A DNA stretch of 64,000 nt from Eledone cirrhosa (taxonomy: Eukaryota). Position numbers and translations under genes: made by a program. Where the stretch lies: assembly GCA_964016885.1 (NCBI GenBank), contig OZ024740.1, forward strand, positions 390,166,001 to 390,230,000, in the 5' to 3' direction. Positions within the stretch are counted from its first letter, which is position 1. Every line of letters begins with the position of its first letter. Below, one piece after another: positions 44,518 to 60,071 of the stretch. The notes under the pieces were generated by a model. The model ran no database searches. It saw nothing but the letters and a program-made list of their open reading frames with translations, and had not been told where the DNA came from.

Positions 44518-44977
44518 TCATCATCATCATCATCATTGTTTAATGTCCATCTTCCACGCTAGCATGGGTTTGGATGGGAATTGTCTCACTTGAGGCAAGA
44601 TTGGTTGTCTTGCTCGTATAGGACTGTCTGGCGGGTTTTCTATGGCTGGATGCCCTTCCTAACACCAACCACGTTTACAGTGTGGACTGGGAGGCTTTTA
44701 CTGTGTCACCTACACGGCCACATTACAGTGTGGACTGTGTTTTTTTTTGTCGTGACACCTATACGACCTCATTTATTTAGGACTGGATGTTGTGGTACCA
44801 ACATAACTTTACATCAAAAGGGGTGGTGTGGATAGGGTGGGGTAGTGGGATGGGGGTGTATTTTGATTAAGAGGTGCCTACTGACTAGGTTTCACTTTGC
44901 ACTTAGGCAAGGCGGTTCTTCTGTATTACTCGTAGCGCCAAAGATCTTGGTCCAGTGACACTGTCTTGGAAAGGTGT
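44514..44977 (-). mobile_element. 5'-truncated RTE/RTEX LINE 3' end (same family as 56086-57449)
   Basis: The reverse complement matches ~56890-57449 (TGTCACTGGACC..CTTTGGCGCTAC, CTAGTCAGTAGGCA, CAAAATACACCCCC, CGAGCAAGACAACC) and has a (GAT)n tail. Confidence 0.85.
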
Positions 44978-44982
44978 GTGTG

Positions 44983-45027
<45 letters not shown>

Positions 45028-45029
<2 letters not shown>

Positions 45030-45379
45030 AGGCACATGACTTAGTGGTTAGAGCATTGGCCTTGCAATCGAAAGGTTGTTTCTTTGAGCAAGACACTTTA
45101 TTTCACATTGCTCCAGTTTACTCAGCTGTAGAAATGAGATGATAGGGACTGGGGTCCCTATCATTCCACTGCAAAGTGGTCGTGGAGGTGCCATGGCAAA
45201 AAAGCACCCAGCCCACACTGTAAAGTGGACGTGTAGGCACCACGGAAAAAAAGCACCTAGCACTCACTGTAAATGAGGTTGGTGTTAGGAAGGGCATCCA
45301 GCTGTAGAAATCAAGCCAGAATCAGTTCCCGCCCCACCCTTGCAAGCAGGGGAAAAGCGGACGTGAAATGATGATGATG

Positions 45380-45381
<2 letters not shown>
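45028..45381 (+). mobile_element. tRNA-derived CORE-type SINE with B-box region deleted
   Basis: A-box-like TGACTTAGTGG, CORE-like TTGAGCAAGACACTTTATTTCACATTGCTCCAGTTTACTCAGCTGTAGAAATGAG, AGGAAGGGCATCCAGCTGTAG module and (GAT)n tail. Close relative at 58333-58658; inserted in (TA)n. Confidence 0.85.
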
Positions 45382-45431
<50 letters not shown>

Positions 45432-45550
45432 TATATAAATAAACTCAAATAACTCATAAGGTTAATGTAAATATTCCTGAATTGTTTGCTTATTTCTAAT
45501 TCCATATTACCTTAAAAGATTATTCAATTGTTTATTTTTCTGATTTTCAG

Positions 45551-45805
45551 CTGATTGACCATTTAGTTGCATTGGACAGTTTTGAAAAGCGAACTAAGAA
45601 AATAGTTGACTTGATCCTGTTACATAATCCCTTAGTAAAGCAGAGGGATGAGATGATATTTTCTGCCAATGTTTTCCATCAGCTTCTCTTGATTGCTGAA
45701 GCCTACAAGCCCAGCTGTAAGATCAACACCAGCGTGAAGCTTTACAGAGTGAAAGACACAACACATGAGTTTACAAGACTTGGAAATGATTATGGAGTTA
45801 AGGAT
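45551..45805 (+). CDS. FASN: Fatty acid synthase thioesterase domain, penultimate coding exon
   Basis: Acceptor TTTTCAG at 45550, donor GAT|GTAAGA at 45806, phase 0, 85 codons. LIDHLVALDSFEKRTKKIVDLILL...FSANVFHQLLLIAEAYKP...VKLYRVK...LGNDYGVKD parallels FASN LEERVAAAVDLI...FAARSFYYKLRAAEQYTP...LLRAK...LGADYNLSQ. Confidence 0.88.
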
Positions 45806-46239
45806 GTAAGAAAAACAAAACATTTTAACTAAGGCATTTGTGTGTGTGTCTGCTAAGGTACCCTATGATCTGGTGGGTGCTAGAGGTACCCAGGGGCCAA
45901 TGGTGTGTTAAACCAGGCAACAGATTTTGTCTTTGGTCTAGAAACTGAATTTATTTTTCTAGTTTGTATAGATGGTGTTTGAGTGATGTGTATAGTATTG
46001 AAGCAATTACTTTTATAGTTAGCAAGATCTAAGGAGCATGAATTGCTGTAGTAGCACTATAAAAAACTTCACCAGTCTGAGAAGAGCTGCAATCATTATA
46101 GACACTGTTATTTCTAACTTGAACTACTGAGCATAACTGTCAATTGATAGTATGTGTGTATTTCTCTGTGCATGCATGCACATATTACTCATTTTGTATG
46201 TTGTTAAATTGGTCGTTGCTATTTTCTTGTTTTATACAG

Positions 46240-46359
46240 GTGTGTTCTGGAGACCTGTCTATTGATGTGATGGAAGGCAACCATGAAACTTTCATCCTGG
46301 GAGAAAACGCTGCTGTACTTGGAGATCTTATTAACAAACTATATGTTTCCAGTCTCTAG
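46240..46359 (+). CDS. FASN: Fatty acid synthase last coding exon with catalytic His and stop codon
   Basis: Polypyrimidine tract then TACAG acceptor at 46239. VCSGDLSIDVMEGNHETFILGENAAVLGDLINKLYVSSL* parallels FASN VCDGKVSVHVIEGDHRTLL; TAG at 46357-46359. Confidence 0.9.
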   Translation: MCSGDLSIDVMEGNHETFILGENAAVLGDLINKLYVSSL

Positions 46360-47239
46360 AAATGCTGACAGTTTTCCATTTCCAGTTAAATATCCCTCTT
46401 TCTTTTCCTTCTTGCCATATTCTATTTAATGTTACCTTACACTTAATGTCATTGGTAAGGTTTCTTTATCCTCTCCTTCCACCTTCTCCCTCTCTTCCAT
46501 CCTTGTATAGTGTAAAGCCACACCATTGTATCTACTTTGATGCTGCTGTTGGACTACTCACTAAAATTGTCTGTTTTGTTTATTACTTTATCATCAATAA
46601 TGGTAATGTGAAAATATGAGTCTTACTGTCAATTAAAAAGGATATGAATAATGATTTTTTTTTCTTGCTTTTTGTGTTATTTTTACATTTAGAAAGCTTT
46701 GAATCCTAAAAATATATAATTATAATATTTTATATTTGGCTAATTTGCATAATTACAATTTTCTGCACATTTTTATCATACATGTATTTGTTTGTCAAAA
46801 TCAAAAGAATTAGATATATTAAAGATATTATTTACAAAATTGTCTCTTAACTATGATTACCTGTCTCCTATATTTTAAACAACAAATTTAAAAACATAAA
46901 AATTTGAAATATTAGTTGATTAGTTAGTATTTATTATTTGTAATGAAAAGTTAGTAGTATATACAAGAAGCATTTTAAGGCCATTTTTCCCTGCTAAAGC
47001 TGGGTTTAGCCTTGTATGCCCCCATGACATGGTGACTTTTTGCAATATATATGCATTCTTTTGGGAAATACTATGATTATTTATGATTACTGTTAATAAT
47101 TTGAGTGCTGTAGAACAGGTAATTGGTGAACAACCAGTTTGTATTCCTGTTTGAAAGCCAATTCATTTATGACTAATGACTGAGAAAAGTATAAATTCAT
47201 ACGCTCTCATTCACCCAATAGACTTGGACATCCTGAATC

Positions 47240-47245
47240 AATAAA
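47240..47245 (+). promoter_or_regulatory. Candidate proximal polyadenylation signal AATAAA
   Basis: AATAAA about 880 nt after the stop codon, in AT-rich putative 3' UTR. The hexamer is common by chance in such DNA. Confidence 0.3.
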
Positions 47246-47652
47246 ATAATTACTAGTCTTGTATTGGAATAGCTTATTTATTTATTTATATCTCCCTCTT
47301 TACATTTTATGAGAAATCATAAATATTAAATTTTCTTGTAATGAATTATATAAATTATATGGCATTCTATAACATGAATTAATTATATATGTTATTTTGC
47401 TGCATTAGCTTAGCAAGTATGATTATTGTTTGAAAATTAATATATACAGATATGCATGAACATAAAAAATACAATAATAATAATAATAACAAAATTGCCT
47501 TAGAAAAAGAAAAAAAATGTAAACACCTGTTTAAAAATTTCAGTAAACATTCAATGAAAGAAAGGGAAGCGCCTTAATGACTTCGTTGAAACATACTGAA
47601 ACATACTGAAGCAGCTCTCTGCACGACTTATTTTTATAGGCTCTTGTTATGA

Positions 47653-52019
<4,367 letters not shown>

Positions 52020-52388
52020 AAACCGGTGTCTTAGAATGAATTTTTATATGATAAAAAAAAAAAAAAACCTGAACACTGACAGTGAAATATATATATAGAT
52101 ATATATAAAAAAAAAGAAAAAATGTATCGGTAATACGTTGTGCAATTGGATAGAAGGGTTTTCTCAACATCACCTAAATGAATTTTATGAAGCAGCAAGG
52201 ACAAAAATGGTGCTTGGCAGTTCTTCATTGTTTGGATCTTTATTTTTCATTACAACCTTTTTTAATATTGTTTCTAAAAATATCTCTTGTCTCATTTTTG
52301 CTTAAAAGCAAGTTGTTCATTGTTTTAGTAGTCTTTTACTATAATGAAGATAAATACAAAGCTCCCATTGAAAAATACTCTATGTGCA

Positions 52389-52425
<37 letters not shown>

Positions 52426-52451
52426 TTCTAAACTACACTTTTATTGAAACC

Positions 52452-52457
52452 AATAAA
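52452..52457 (+). promoter_or_regulatory. Candidate distal polyadenylation signal AATAAA
   Basis: AATAAA followed ~20-40 nt later by a T/GT-rich tract (TTTTTTGTTTTTTTTT). Confidence 0.3.
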
Positions 52458-52540
52458 ATAATCAAATTATAAAAGTATTTTTTTGTTTTTTTTTTAATGT
52501 TATTTAAAACATTTTTTGTTTTGGTGAGGAACATTATTAA

Positions 52541-52735
52541 CTCTTTAGCATTTAAACTGGCTGTATCTGGCCAGAATTCTCTCACCTCTTTCTGTTCTAA
52601 CTGGCCCATCATACTGATTTTAAGGTATTGTTCTCAAAATAAATATCAAAATCGCATAGATTCGATATTATGCGAGATAAAACCTTTACCATGGAAATAT
52701 AATAGTGATTATCGAGTAATGTAAATGTTAAAGGG
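52541..52735. mobile_element. piggyBac-like MITE
   Basis: TTAA at both ends (52537-52540 and 52736-52739); TIRs CTCTTTAGCATTTA / TAAATGTTAAAGGG. Confidence 0.8.
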
Positions 52736-52969
52736 TTAAGGTGTATCTGTACATATGGACAAAATACACTACTCTATTTTTTCCAACAGAAACTATGCAT
52801 TACTTTGATTTAGCAGTTGGGCATCCAGATATATTGCAATCTATAGTAATATCTACTTTGTCAATTGTATACCTCCCTCTATGCATGTCAATGACGAAGT
52901 CTTTGGTTACTTAACTTGCTAAAAATTGTACCCAAATCTGTTTTAAATACACCCTTATCATTTTGTTTG

Positions 52970-53172
52970 GCAAGTTTTCTATGGCTGGATGCCTTTCCTA
53001 TAATCAATCATTGTCTCGGGTGCATTTTATTCAGGCATTGGCACTATAGAGGTGGTTGTGCTGTAATTGAAGGGTCCTCTCAATCCTTTTTGGCATGGTT
53101 TCTATGGCTAGTGCCCTTCTTAACACCAACTACTTTACAGTGTATTTGGTGTATTTTATTGTGGCACCAGCT
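52970..53172 (-). mobile_element. Degenerate SINE remnants (two decayed GGCTGGATGCCCTTCC modules)
   Basis: TTTTCTATGGCTGGATGCCTTTCCTA and TTTCTATGGCTAGTGCCCTTCTTAACACCAAC..TTTACAGTG..GTGGCACC. Confidence 0.55.
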
Positions 53173-53379
53173 CTAAGGAAGATGTTGGTCAGTGACTCTA
53201 CTGAAGAGCCCTCTCTACCCTATCTATATATGGCAGTGGGGGGTATATTTGTGGAGACAGAATGTAGGATAAGGACCTAAGTCATGTTAGTGTGCAATCT
53301 GCTACAGGCAGAGACAGCAGCTGATGATCAGTCCTCTCTTCTACTCAAGCCTTTCAGTTCTAAGTGTTTGTTTTAGATA

Positions 53380-55270
53380 TAAGGGTAAACAGGGACAGAT
53401 CATTGTCTCTGATCTCTTTGATTCTGTGCTGGATGTTCATGTTAAGAGAGGGGATGAGCTGTCAACTGATCCTCATTCAGTTATTACTTAAAGCCGAGAG
53501 AGCCCACAAAACTTGCTGGTCCAGCTCAACCTACAGGATAATATGGGAAGCACTGGCAGATAAGTCTGGAATAGACTTGCAGATTCTATTGCATTCAAAG
53601 AACTCTCTGAGCAAACTAATGTTGAAATGGAGTGGAGAGTGTTCATGGCAGTTTCTGCTTCAGCTGGTAAAAGTGGCTGAGTATGGCAGGAGGACCCCTT
53701 GGTTCAATCAAGTGGTCAAAGATGCCATCTGAGCAAAGAAGGCCTACAAAACTTGGCTTGGAAATAAGTCCTTGAACTTGTACAAGCAAGCACAAAAAGC
53801 TACAGCTGAGACAGTAAAGATGTCCAAAGTTAAGACATGGGAGTACTTAATTCATAAGCTGGAATCTGACTTCAGATCAGCAAATAAAGTGTTCTGGCAG
53901 ACCATCCGCCAACTTCATAAGAAATCCGTCCTCCTCAATGCCTGCTATCAGGAATGCATCGGGGGTTCTCCTCCCTTCAGAGAGATGCATTCATGCAATG
54001 TGGAGAGAATATTTTGTTGATCTCCTAAACCCTGTATCAACAGCATCTGAAATTTGGCCGAGATGTTAAAAACCATAAATAGAGATGGTATTTTCTTGCT
54101 GACTCGTGTGTGTGGTGGTCTGTATTTCTGGAAAGGCACCTACGCAATGGCAATTTGAAGTGATAATTCCAATTTTCAAAAAGGGAGACAAAATATTGCT
54201 CTAATTACAGAGTGGTCTGCTTGTTAAACCTCCCCAGTAAGTGTTTGGCAAAGAAATATAAGAATATTATTGAGTCCAAGCTTTCTGATGAACAGTGGTA
54301 TTCATCCTGGACTCAGCACAGCTGACCAAATATTCACATTATGGCAGGTATTTGAGAAATCATGGGAGTATTGCTAAGAGGTGTATTCTTGTTTCGTAGA
54401 CCTTGAAAAGGCATAAGTCCTAGTTCCACAGGATCTGGTAGATTCTGCAGGATCGATGGACAGCTTTTTGTCGTGATGTCTCTATATGAATTCCTTAGTA
54501 TTTTTGTTCAGATAAATGATTCTAAGTCGAAACCATTCAGTGTGGGAGTCGGACTCTGCCCAGGGTGCATACTGTCACCTCTCCTGTTCATAATCTTCAT
54601 GAACAAGATTGACATGTGTAGCTGAGTTGGAAGTATTACCAAGACAGGCAAGTGTATGATCAGTTGGCTGGAATATGCAGATGACATGGTATATTACTTA
54701 ACATGTCAGAATGCGATTTCCAACGTGCACATGATAGGCTTGCTGCCTTGTACAGTAATACACCAGTTTCAGCAATTAGTCATCAGAAGAAGGGAGGTAA
54801 AAGCTATCTTTAATTTGGTATTTGTGTCAACCTTTACCTATGGTCATGAATCTTGAGTAATGACTGAAAGAATACGATAGTGAATACAAGTGGTTTGAAA
54901 TGGAATTCCTCCATAGGGTCTTTGGATCAATGTTACTCGATAGAGAGTGTCATTTGGAGATCAGAGAATCACTCCAGGTAGAGCCACTGCTTCTCCAAAA
55001 TGAGAAATCACAGCTCTGATATTATGGACATGTGGTTAGTGTCTAAGGAAAGAATTGCTGGACAGATTTTATGGGCAAAAACCAACCGACAGCAGACCTT
55101 GGGGGAGATCCCAAGCAAGATGGTTGGATAATATCCATGAGCTCAGCTGATCATGCTTAGGGATCCAGTCAGATCAATTGGAGATGGTTGCTTCTGCCAG
55201 AATCTACTGGAAGGTGTGCTTGAGCAGTCTGCCACCACAACCCTCACAGGAAAAACTGGGAAAAGAAGAA
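53380..55270 (+). mobile_element. Decayed RTE-clade LINE (endonuclease C-terminus and reverse transcriptase pseudogene)
   Basis: Frameshifted motifs: VKRG.ELSTD.H, RRTPWFNQVVKDAI, KLESDFRSANKVFWQTIRQL, IPIFKKGD, YSCFVDLEKA, GVGLCPGCILSPLLFIIFMNKID, LEYADDMV, TFTYGHES, YGHVV. (GAA)-type tail; many stops. Confidence 0.88.
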
Positions 55271-56085
55271 TTCTAGGTTTTTTTTTTTTCATATCTGGAA
55301 TTTTACCTCTTCCACAAATTCAGCTATAAAGACTATATTTCTGGAATGTTAATGAATATTTTCTAAAGATCAAGTCAGTTTATGCAAGCTTATTTCACTG
55401 GTTGGGAAAAGCATGAATATTACAAAGTTGCCTGCTGTTTATAAATTTTCTTTTGCTCATCATTCAGTGTATATCTCCTTCACCTTTGAAAATATGACAA
55501 AGGATGCAGATTTCAAACTGTTGTATGATATTACACAACTCACTAGTTCTTTGGAATGTAATTAATTTAATTTAGCATTTCTTATTAAGGTGAATATTAT
55601 GTTATTGATTAGTGATAGCACTAACAAAGCATGATTTAGAATAAAAGCATATATGAACCAATACACAATATCTTTATGTAGAATAAGCACACATTGTGAC
55701 TTCCATTGGAGCTACTTTAACAGCCTGATTAAGAGTGGTAGATCTATTTTAATGTCTTTTACATGTCATCAGTGTTTGCCTACTTTTACCTAGCTGCTGA
55801 AGTATGGAAGATAATATCTTCTTATAGATTTAGTAAACAAACTATTTTTGGTGAACGCTTTTTTTTACATTTAGTGCCAGTCTGAGCAGCTAATTTTAAA
55901 TAGTGACAGCAGTAATAACATAATTCAGAATAATGACCCTCATGAACCCATATACAATATGTTAAGGTATAATAAACACATTGAGTCATGTCTTCGGTTT
56001 GGGGATCTCTCTCTCAGCCTTTCTCCAACCAGTCTCAAAAGCTCTGAAATGGCTCATAAGTACTGCGCTACTCCATGATAATTAA

Positions 56086-57449
56086 TTCCAAACATGGAAG
56101 CACGGCCTAGAATCAAAAGGCCTTAAAATTAACCTGGCTAAGACTAAAGTTCTAGTTTGTAGGAAAGAAAATAAGGCGCCGGTCCCCTCCGGGAAATGGC
56201 CATGCTCAGTGTGTAGGAAAGGCGTAGGTAGAAACTCCATTTTATGTCCCAAATGCAAAGTATGGGTGCATAAAAGATGTGGGATCACAGGTAAGCTAAC
56301 TAAGAACACAGATTTTACATGTGGCCGGTGCTCTGGTGCAATAAGTAGCAGCAAGTGCACACAAAATACTAACTCTTTCAATTGCGCAGAGGGTTCTATA
56401 GAAATAGTGGACAGCTTCCATTACCTGGGTGACAAAATCAGCAGTGGGGGAGGGTGCTCTGAAAGTACAGTAGCTAGAGTCAGAACTGGATGGAAAAAGT
56501 TCAGAGAGCTTATACCACTATTAGCCGCTAAAGGGTTCTCCCTAAAAATAAAAGGTAGGTTGTATGATGCCTGCATACAAACAGCAATGTTGCATGGCAG
56601 TGAGACCAGAATATACGCAGACTAGAGAGGAACGAAGCTTGCATACTCCGCTGGATGTGTAATAGTAATATACGTGAACGGCAAAGCATAAAGGAACTAA
56701 GGAAAAAATTAGAAATAAGAGGGATCAGATGTTTACTCGAGAGAAGGCTACGTTGGTATGGTCACGTGATGCGCATGAAAGATGACAGCTGTATAACAAA
56801 GTGCAGGGCAATAAAGATAGATGGTAGCCACGGAGTAGGCAGACCCAGGAAAACCTGGGACGAGCTGATAAATTCCGACCTCACACACTTACACCTCTCC
56901 AAGATAATGTCACTGGACCGAGAGCTTTGGCGCTACTCAGTAACAGAGAAGACCCGCCTTACCTAAATACAAAGTAAAACCTACTAGTCAGTAGGCATCT
57001 GTAACAAAATACACCCCCGTCCCACCCCATCCACACCGCCCCCTTCAATGCAAAGTTATGTTGGTGCCACAACATCCAGGCCGAAACAAATGAGATCATG
57101 TAGGTGTCACGACAAAAAACACAGTCCACGCTGTAATGTGGCCGTGTAGGCAACACGGTAAAAACTCCCAGTCCCACACTGTAAATGTGGTTGGTGTTAG
57201 GAAGGGCATCCAGCTGTAGAAAACACGCCAGACAGTCCACGCTGTAATGTGGCCGTGTAGGCAACACAGTAAAAACCTTCCAGCCCCACACTGTAAATGT
57301 GGTTGGTGTTAGGAAGGGCATCCAGCTGTAGAAAACCCGCCAGACAGTCCTATGCGAGCAAGACAACCACTCTTGCCTCAAGTGGGAAAACCCCCGTCCA
57401 AACCCATGCAAGCGTGGAACAGGGACGTTAAACGATGATGATGATGATG
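56086..57449 (+). mobile_element. 5'-truncated RTEX-like LINE: RT thumb with Cys/His-rich insertion, 3' UTR and (GAT)n tail
   Basis: FQTWKHGLESKGLKINLAKTKVL...GKWPCSVCRKGVGRNSILCPKCKVWVHKRC...FTCGRC...VDSFHYLGDKI...ARVRTGWKKFREL...LHGSET / RRLRWYGHVMR...GRPRKTW. Frameshift near 56610. Confidence 0.9.
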
Positions 57450-58158
57450 TTATATCTGGAGAGAGTCATGTTGCCAATAAAAACACATGCACTAAGTTTT
57501 TTCACTTCAGTTTTATTATTAGTTTATCTTATGTAATTGTCAAAGTTCTTTCGTCACACATTCTGCAACTGCATCAATGATTATTTGTTTTCTTCTGTGT
57601 TTCCTCTTTTTTCTTGTCTTATTTTGATTACTCCATCTTGTCATGTTATCTTTAGATGACAGGAAAGTGAAAACGAAGACGAAAAGGTGATTAAGAATAA
57701 TATTGGAGGTTTTATTGTGTTGGCTTAAACGACCATTGGTAAAGATATAAAATAACATTAAAGTGATAAAGTATTTATATAGTATTGTTGAAAAAGCAAT
57801 AAGATGTTGGTGATGGCTGTATTTTATAAATGAGAAACATATTTTGTGGTGGTCAGATTAGGTGAAGAAACAAAATAAAATTAGTGAGATAACTATTTAT
57901 ATATTATTGTTGGAAAAAAGAAACAGTAAAAAAGGTGGGTGATAATGGAGGCGGGGCAGCAGGGGTGTATGTACAAATGAGAAGTGAGTGTCATGAAAAA
58001 TTCAAAGAAACACACACGCACATAAACACACATATATATATATATATATAAATACATATATATATATAATAGAACACTGGTGGGTTATATCTCTAGTAGT
58101 AGTAGAGCACTCAGTCCATGGGACAAGTTTGGTAGAAGTAGTTCCACAACAGTTACTT

Positions 58159-58325
58159 AGAGAGAGAGAAATAGTTCCACAACAGTTAGTTCACCATTTT
58201 CGAGAACGATTGTTTTTCCTTTTTCATACAACCTCATTTAAACCAAGCTGATGAGCCAAATAAGGTGAAACAATTGTTCTCGGAAATGGTGAACTAACTG
58301 TTGTGGAGCTACTTCTCTCTCTCTC
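58159..58325. repeat. ~55-bp inverted repeat pair (fold-back) overlapping a hammerhead motif
   Basis: AGAGAGAAATAGTTCCACAACAGTTAGTTCACCATTTTCGAGAACGATTGTTT vs AAACAATTGTTCTCGGAAATGGTGAACTAACTGTTGTGGAGCTACTTCTCTCT. An extra partial direct copy lies at ~58134-58155. Confidence 0.9.
58243..58283 (+). ncRNA. Minimal type I hammerhead ribozyme-like motif
   Basis: CCAAG-CUGAUGA-GCC-AAAUAA-GGU-GAAA-C-AAUU-GUU-CUCGG. Core intact, 3-bp stem II, palindromic stem III (AACAAUUGUU), stem I 4 of 5 paired. Confidence 0.65.
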
Positions 58326-58332
58326 TCTCTCT

Positions 58333-58658
58333 ATCATCATCATCCTTTTACGTCTGCTTTTCCCTGCTTGCAAGGGTGGGACGGGAACTGATTCTGGCTT
58401 GATTTCTATAGCTGGATGCCCTTCCTAACACCAACCTCATTTACAGTGAGTGCTGGGGCTTTTTTGCGTGGCACCTCCACGACCACTTTGCAGTGGAATT
58501 ATATGGAACCCAGTCCCTTTCATCTCATTTCTACAGCTGAGTAAACTGGAGCAATGTGAAATAAAGTGTCTTGCTCAAGGATACAACACATCACCCAGTC
58601 TGAGAATTGAACTCACAGCCTTTCGATTGCAAGGCCAATTCTCTAACCACTAAGCCAT
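58333..58658 (-). mobile_element. tRNA-derived CORE-type SINE, near full length
   Basis: Minus strand: A box TGGCTTAGTGG, B box GAGTTCAATTC, CORE-like CCTTGAGCAAGACACTTTATTTCAC..., AGGAAGGGCATCCAGCT module and (GAT)n tail. Confidence 0.88.
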
Positions 58659-59322
58659 ATATATATATAATATTAAGGATACTATTTATGGTTATGTATA
58701 TATTAAAACTTTTTATAGTTATGTATATTTTAAACCCTATATTTTAAGGTCAGTAATTTATTACTACCTTATTACCAGTAAGATAAATAGCTCAATGTAA
58801 TAACATCAGTTGTTCTACAGAGCAGTTATATAGAATTCACAAGAATCAAATCTATGTTCAAAGCATTTATTCACTTACAATTGTTTCATCCAGACCTAGG
58901 CTTGGAATCTTCGGAGCATTTTTCAATGTTTGTACACATAATTGACCTCCTTTCCAACGCAAGAGACATACAGATACATATATATATATTGATGTACAGT
59001 GGAGTGACATATATTATACTATTTTTGTACAGCAATTCAAATTCAAAATCAAAATCAAAATTAAAATACATTCGGCAGATAACACAGATAATGCAAGAGG
59101 ATAGTTCGATAATCAGATCTAGTAGGTAGTGTATGCGTCAGTTACACATGGAGCATGCAAGTGTGTCTCATTTTTATACTATTATTGTGTGGCAGGGTGT
59201 TACACGTAATGCAAGCACTTTAAGCGGGTAAGCAAGATTATTATGGTGGTTGTAGTGGTAAGGTTTTTTGGTATAGAACAAAAAAGTATGTGTGCAGAAA
59301 AATAAAGATAAAAAGAAGAAGC

Positions 59323-59566
59323 AAAAGAAAGTTATGGTTTTCGTATCCATCACCATTTTCACATTCAGAAAAAGTAAGATATTGTTTCTACATCCATCAC
59401 ATAAGTAACGATGATTCCGTATTGAATGTTTGATGCATTAAAATAAATTATTTTAGCGTATTGAGGCTCAGTGTTATTTAATCCAAGTTTATAGAATAGG
59501 TTGATTCTGCTGCGAGAATTTACAGTGTTTTTTTGGTGGAGGATACGAAAACCATAACTTTCTTTT
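59323..59566. repeat. 33-bp inverted repeat pair (possible MITE remnant)
   Basis: AAAAGAAAGTTATGGTTTTCGTATCCATCACCA (59323-59355) vs TGGTGGAGGATACGAAAACCATAACTTTCTTTT (59534-59566). Confidence 0.8.
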
Positions 59567-59902
59567 TATTTATTTAATAAAATGTTATCGTTTGCTTGAA
59601 TCATTGTATATAATATATAACGTGGAAAGAGATATAAGACTAAACAATGGAAAATGGACTGTAAGAGGAAGGTAGCAAAAAAATAAGTTACCTGGTAATC
59701 TTTGTTTTTCTTTGTTGTTGTTATTCTTGTTTCTGTCCAATATTTGAGGATCTAAAAGACCCTTCTTCAGTGTTTAAGGAACTTTCAGAGGATAATGTTC
59801 CAATTTCTTATTTATCTATTTATATATATTTTTTTACTTGTATTTTTTCATCTTTGATTTGATTGTGTATTTTTTAATTTTTATTCTTTGCCCCGATATA
59901 TA

Positions 59903-60071
59903 CCGTATTTTCCGGCGTCGAAGACGCTACTTTTCCCTTAAAATAAGTCTAAAAAATCTACCATGCGTCCTGGAGGCCGAAGGTTGTTTATTATTTTTTT
60001 TTCAAATTTTTAGTTGCCAAAATTAGGGTGCTTCCTCCAGGACGAAGCGTCTTCGGCGCTGGGAAATACGG
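59903..60071. mobile_element. Tc1/mariner-superfamily (CCGTA-terminated, Tc2/pogo-like) MITE
   Basis: TA flanks on both sides; TIRs CCGTATTTTCCGGCGTCGAAGACGC / GCGTCTTCGGCGCTGGGAAATACGG. Confidence 0.88.

Noticed and set aside
58590-58658. Stand-alone tRNA gene
   Set aside because: The A/B boxes continue directly into a CORE-like body and retroposon tail, and there is no full cloverleaf; it is a SINE head.
59720-59775. Minus-strand CUGAAGA-AGGGUC-UUUUA-GAUCCU hammerhead-like start
   Set aside because: Stem II is followed by CAAA rather than GAAA, and no stem I partner is visible; at most a decayed relic.
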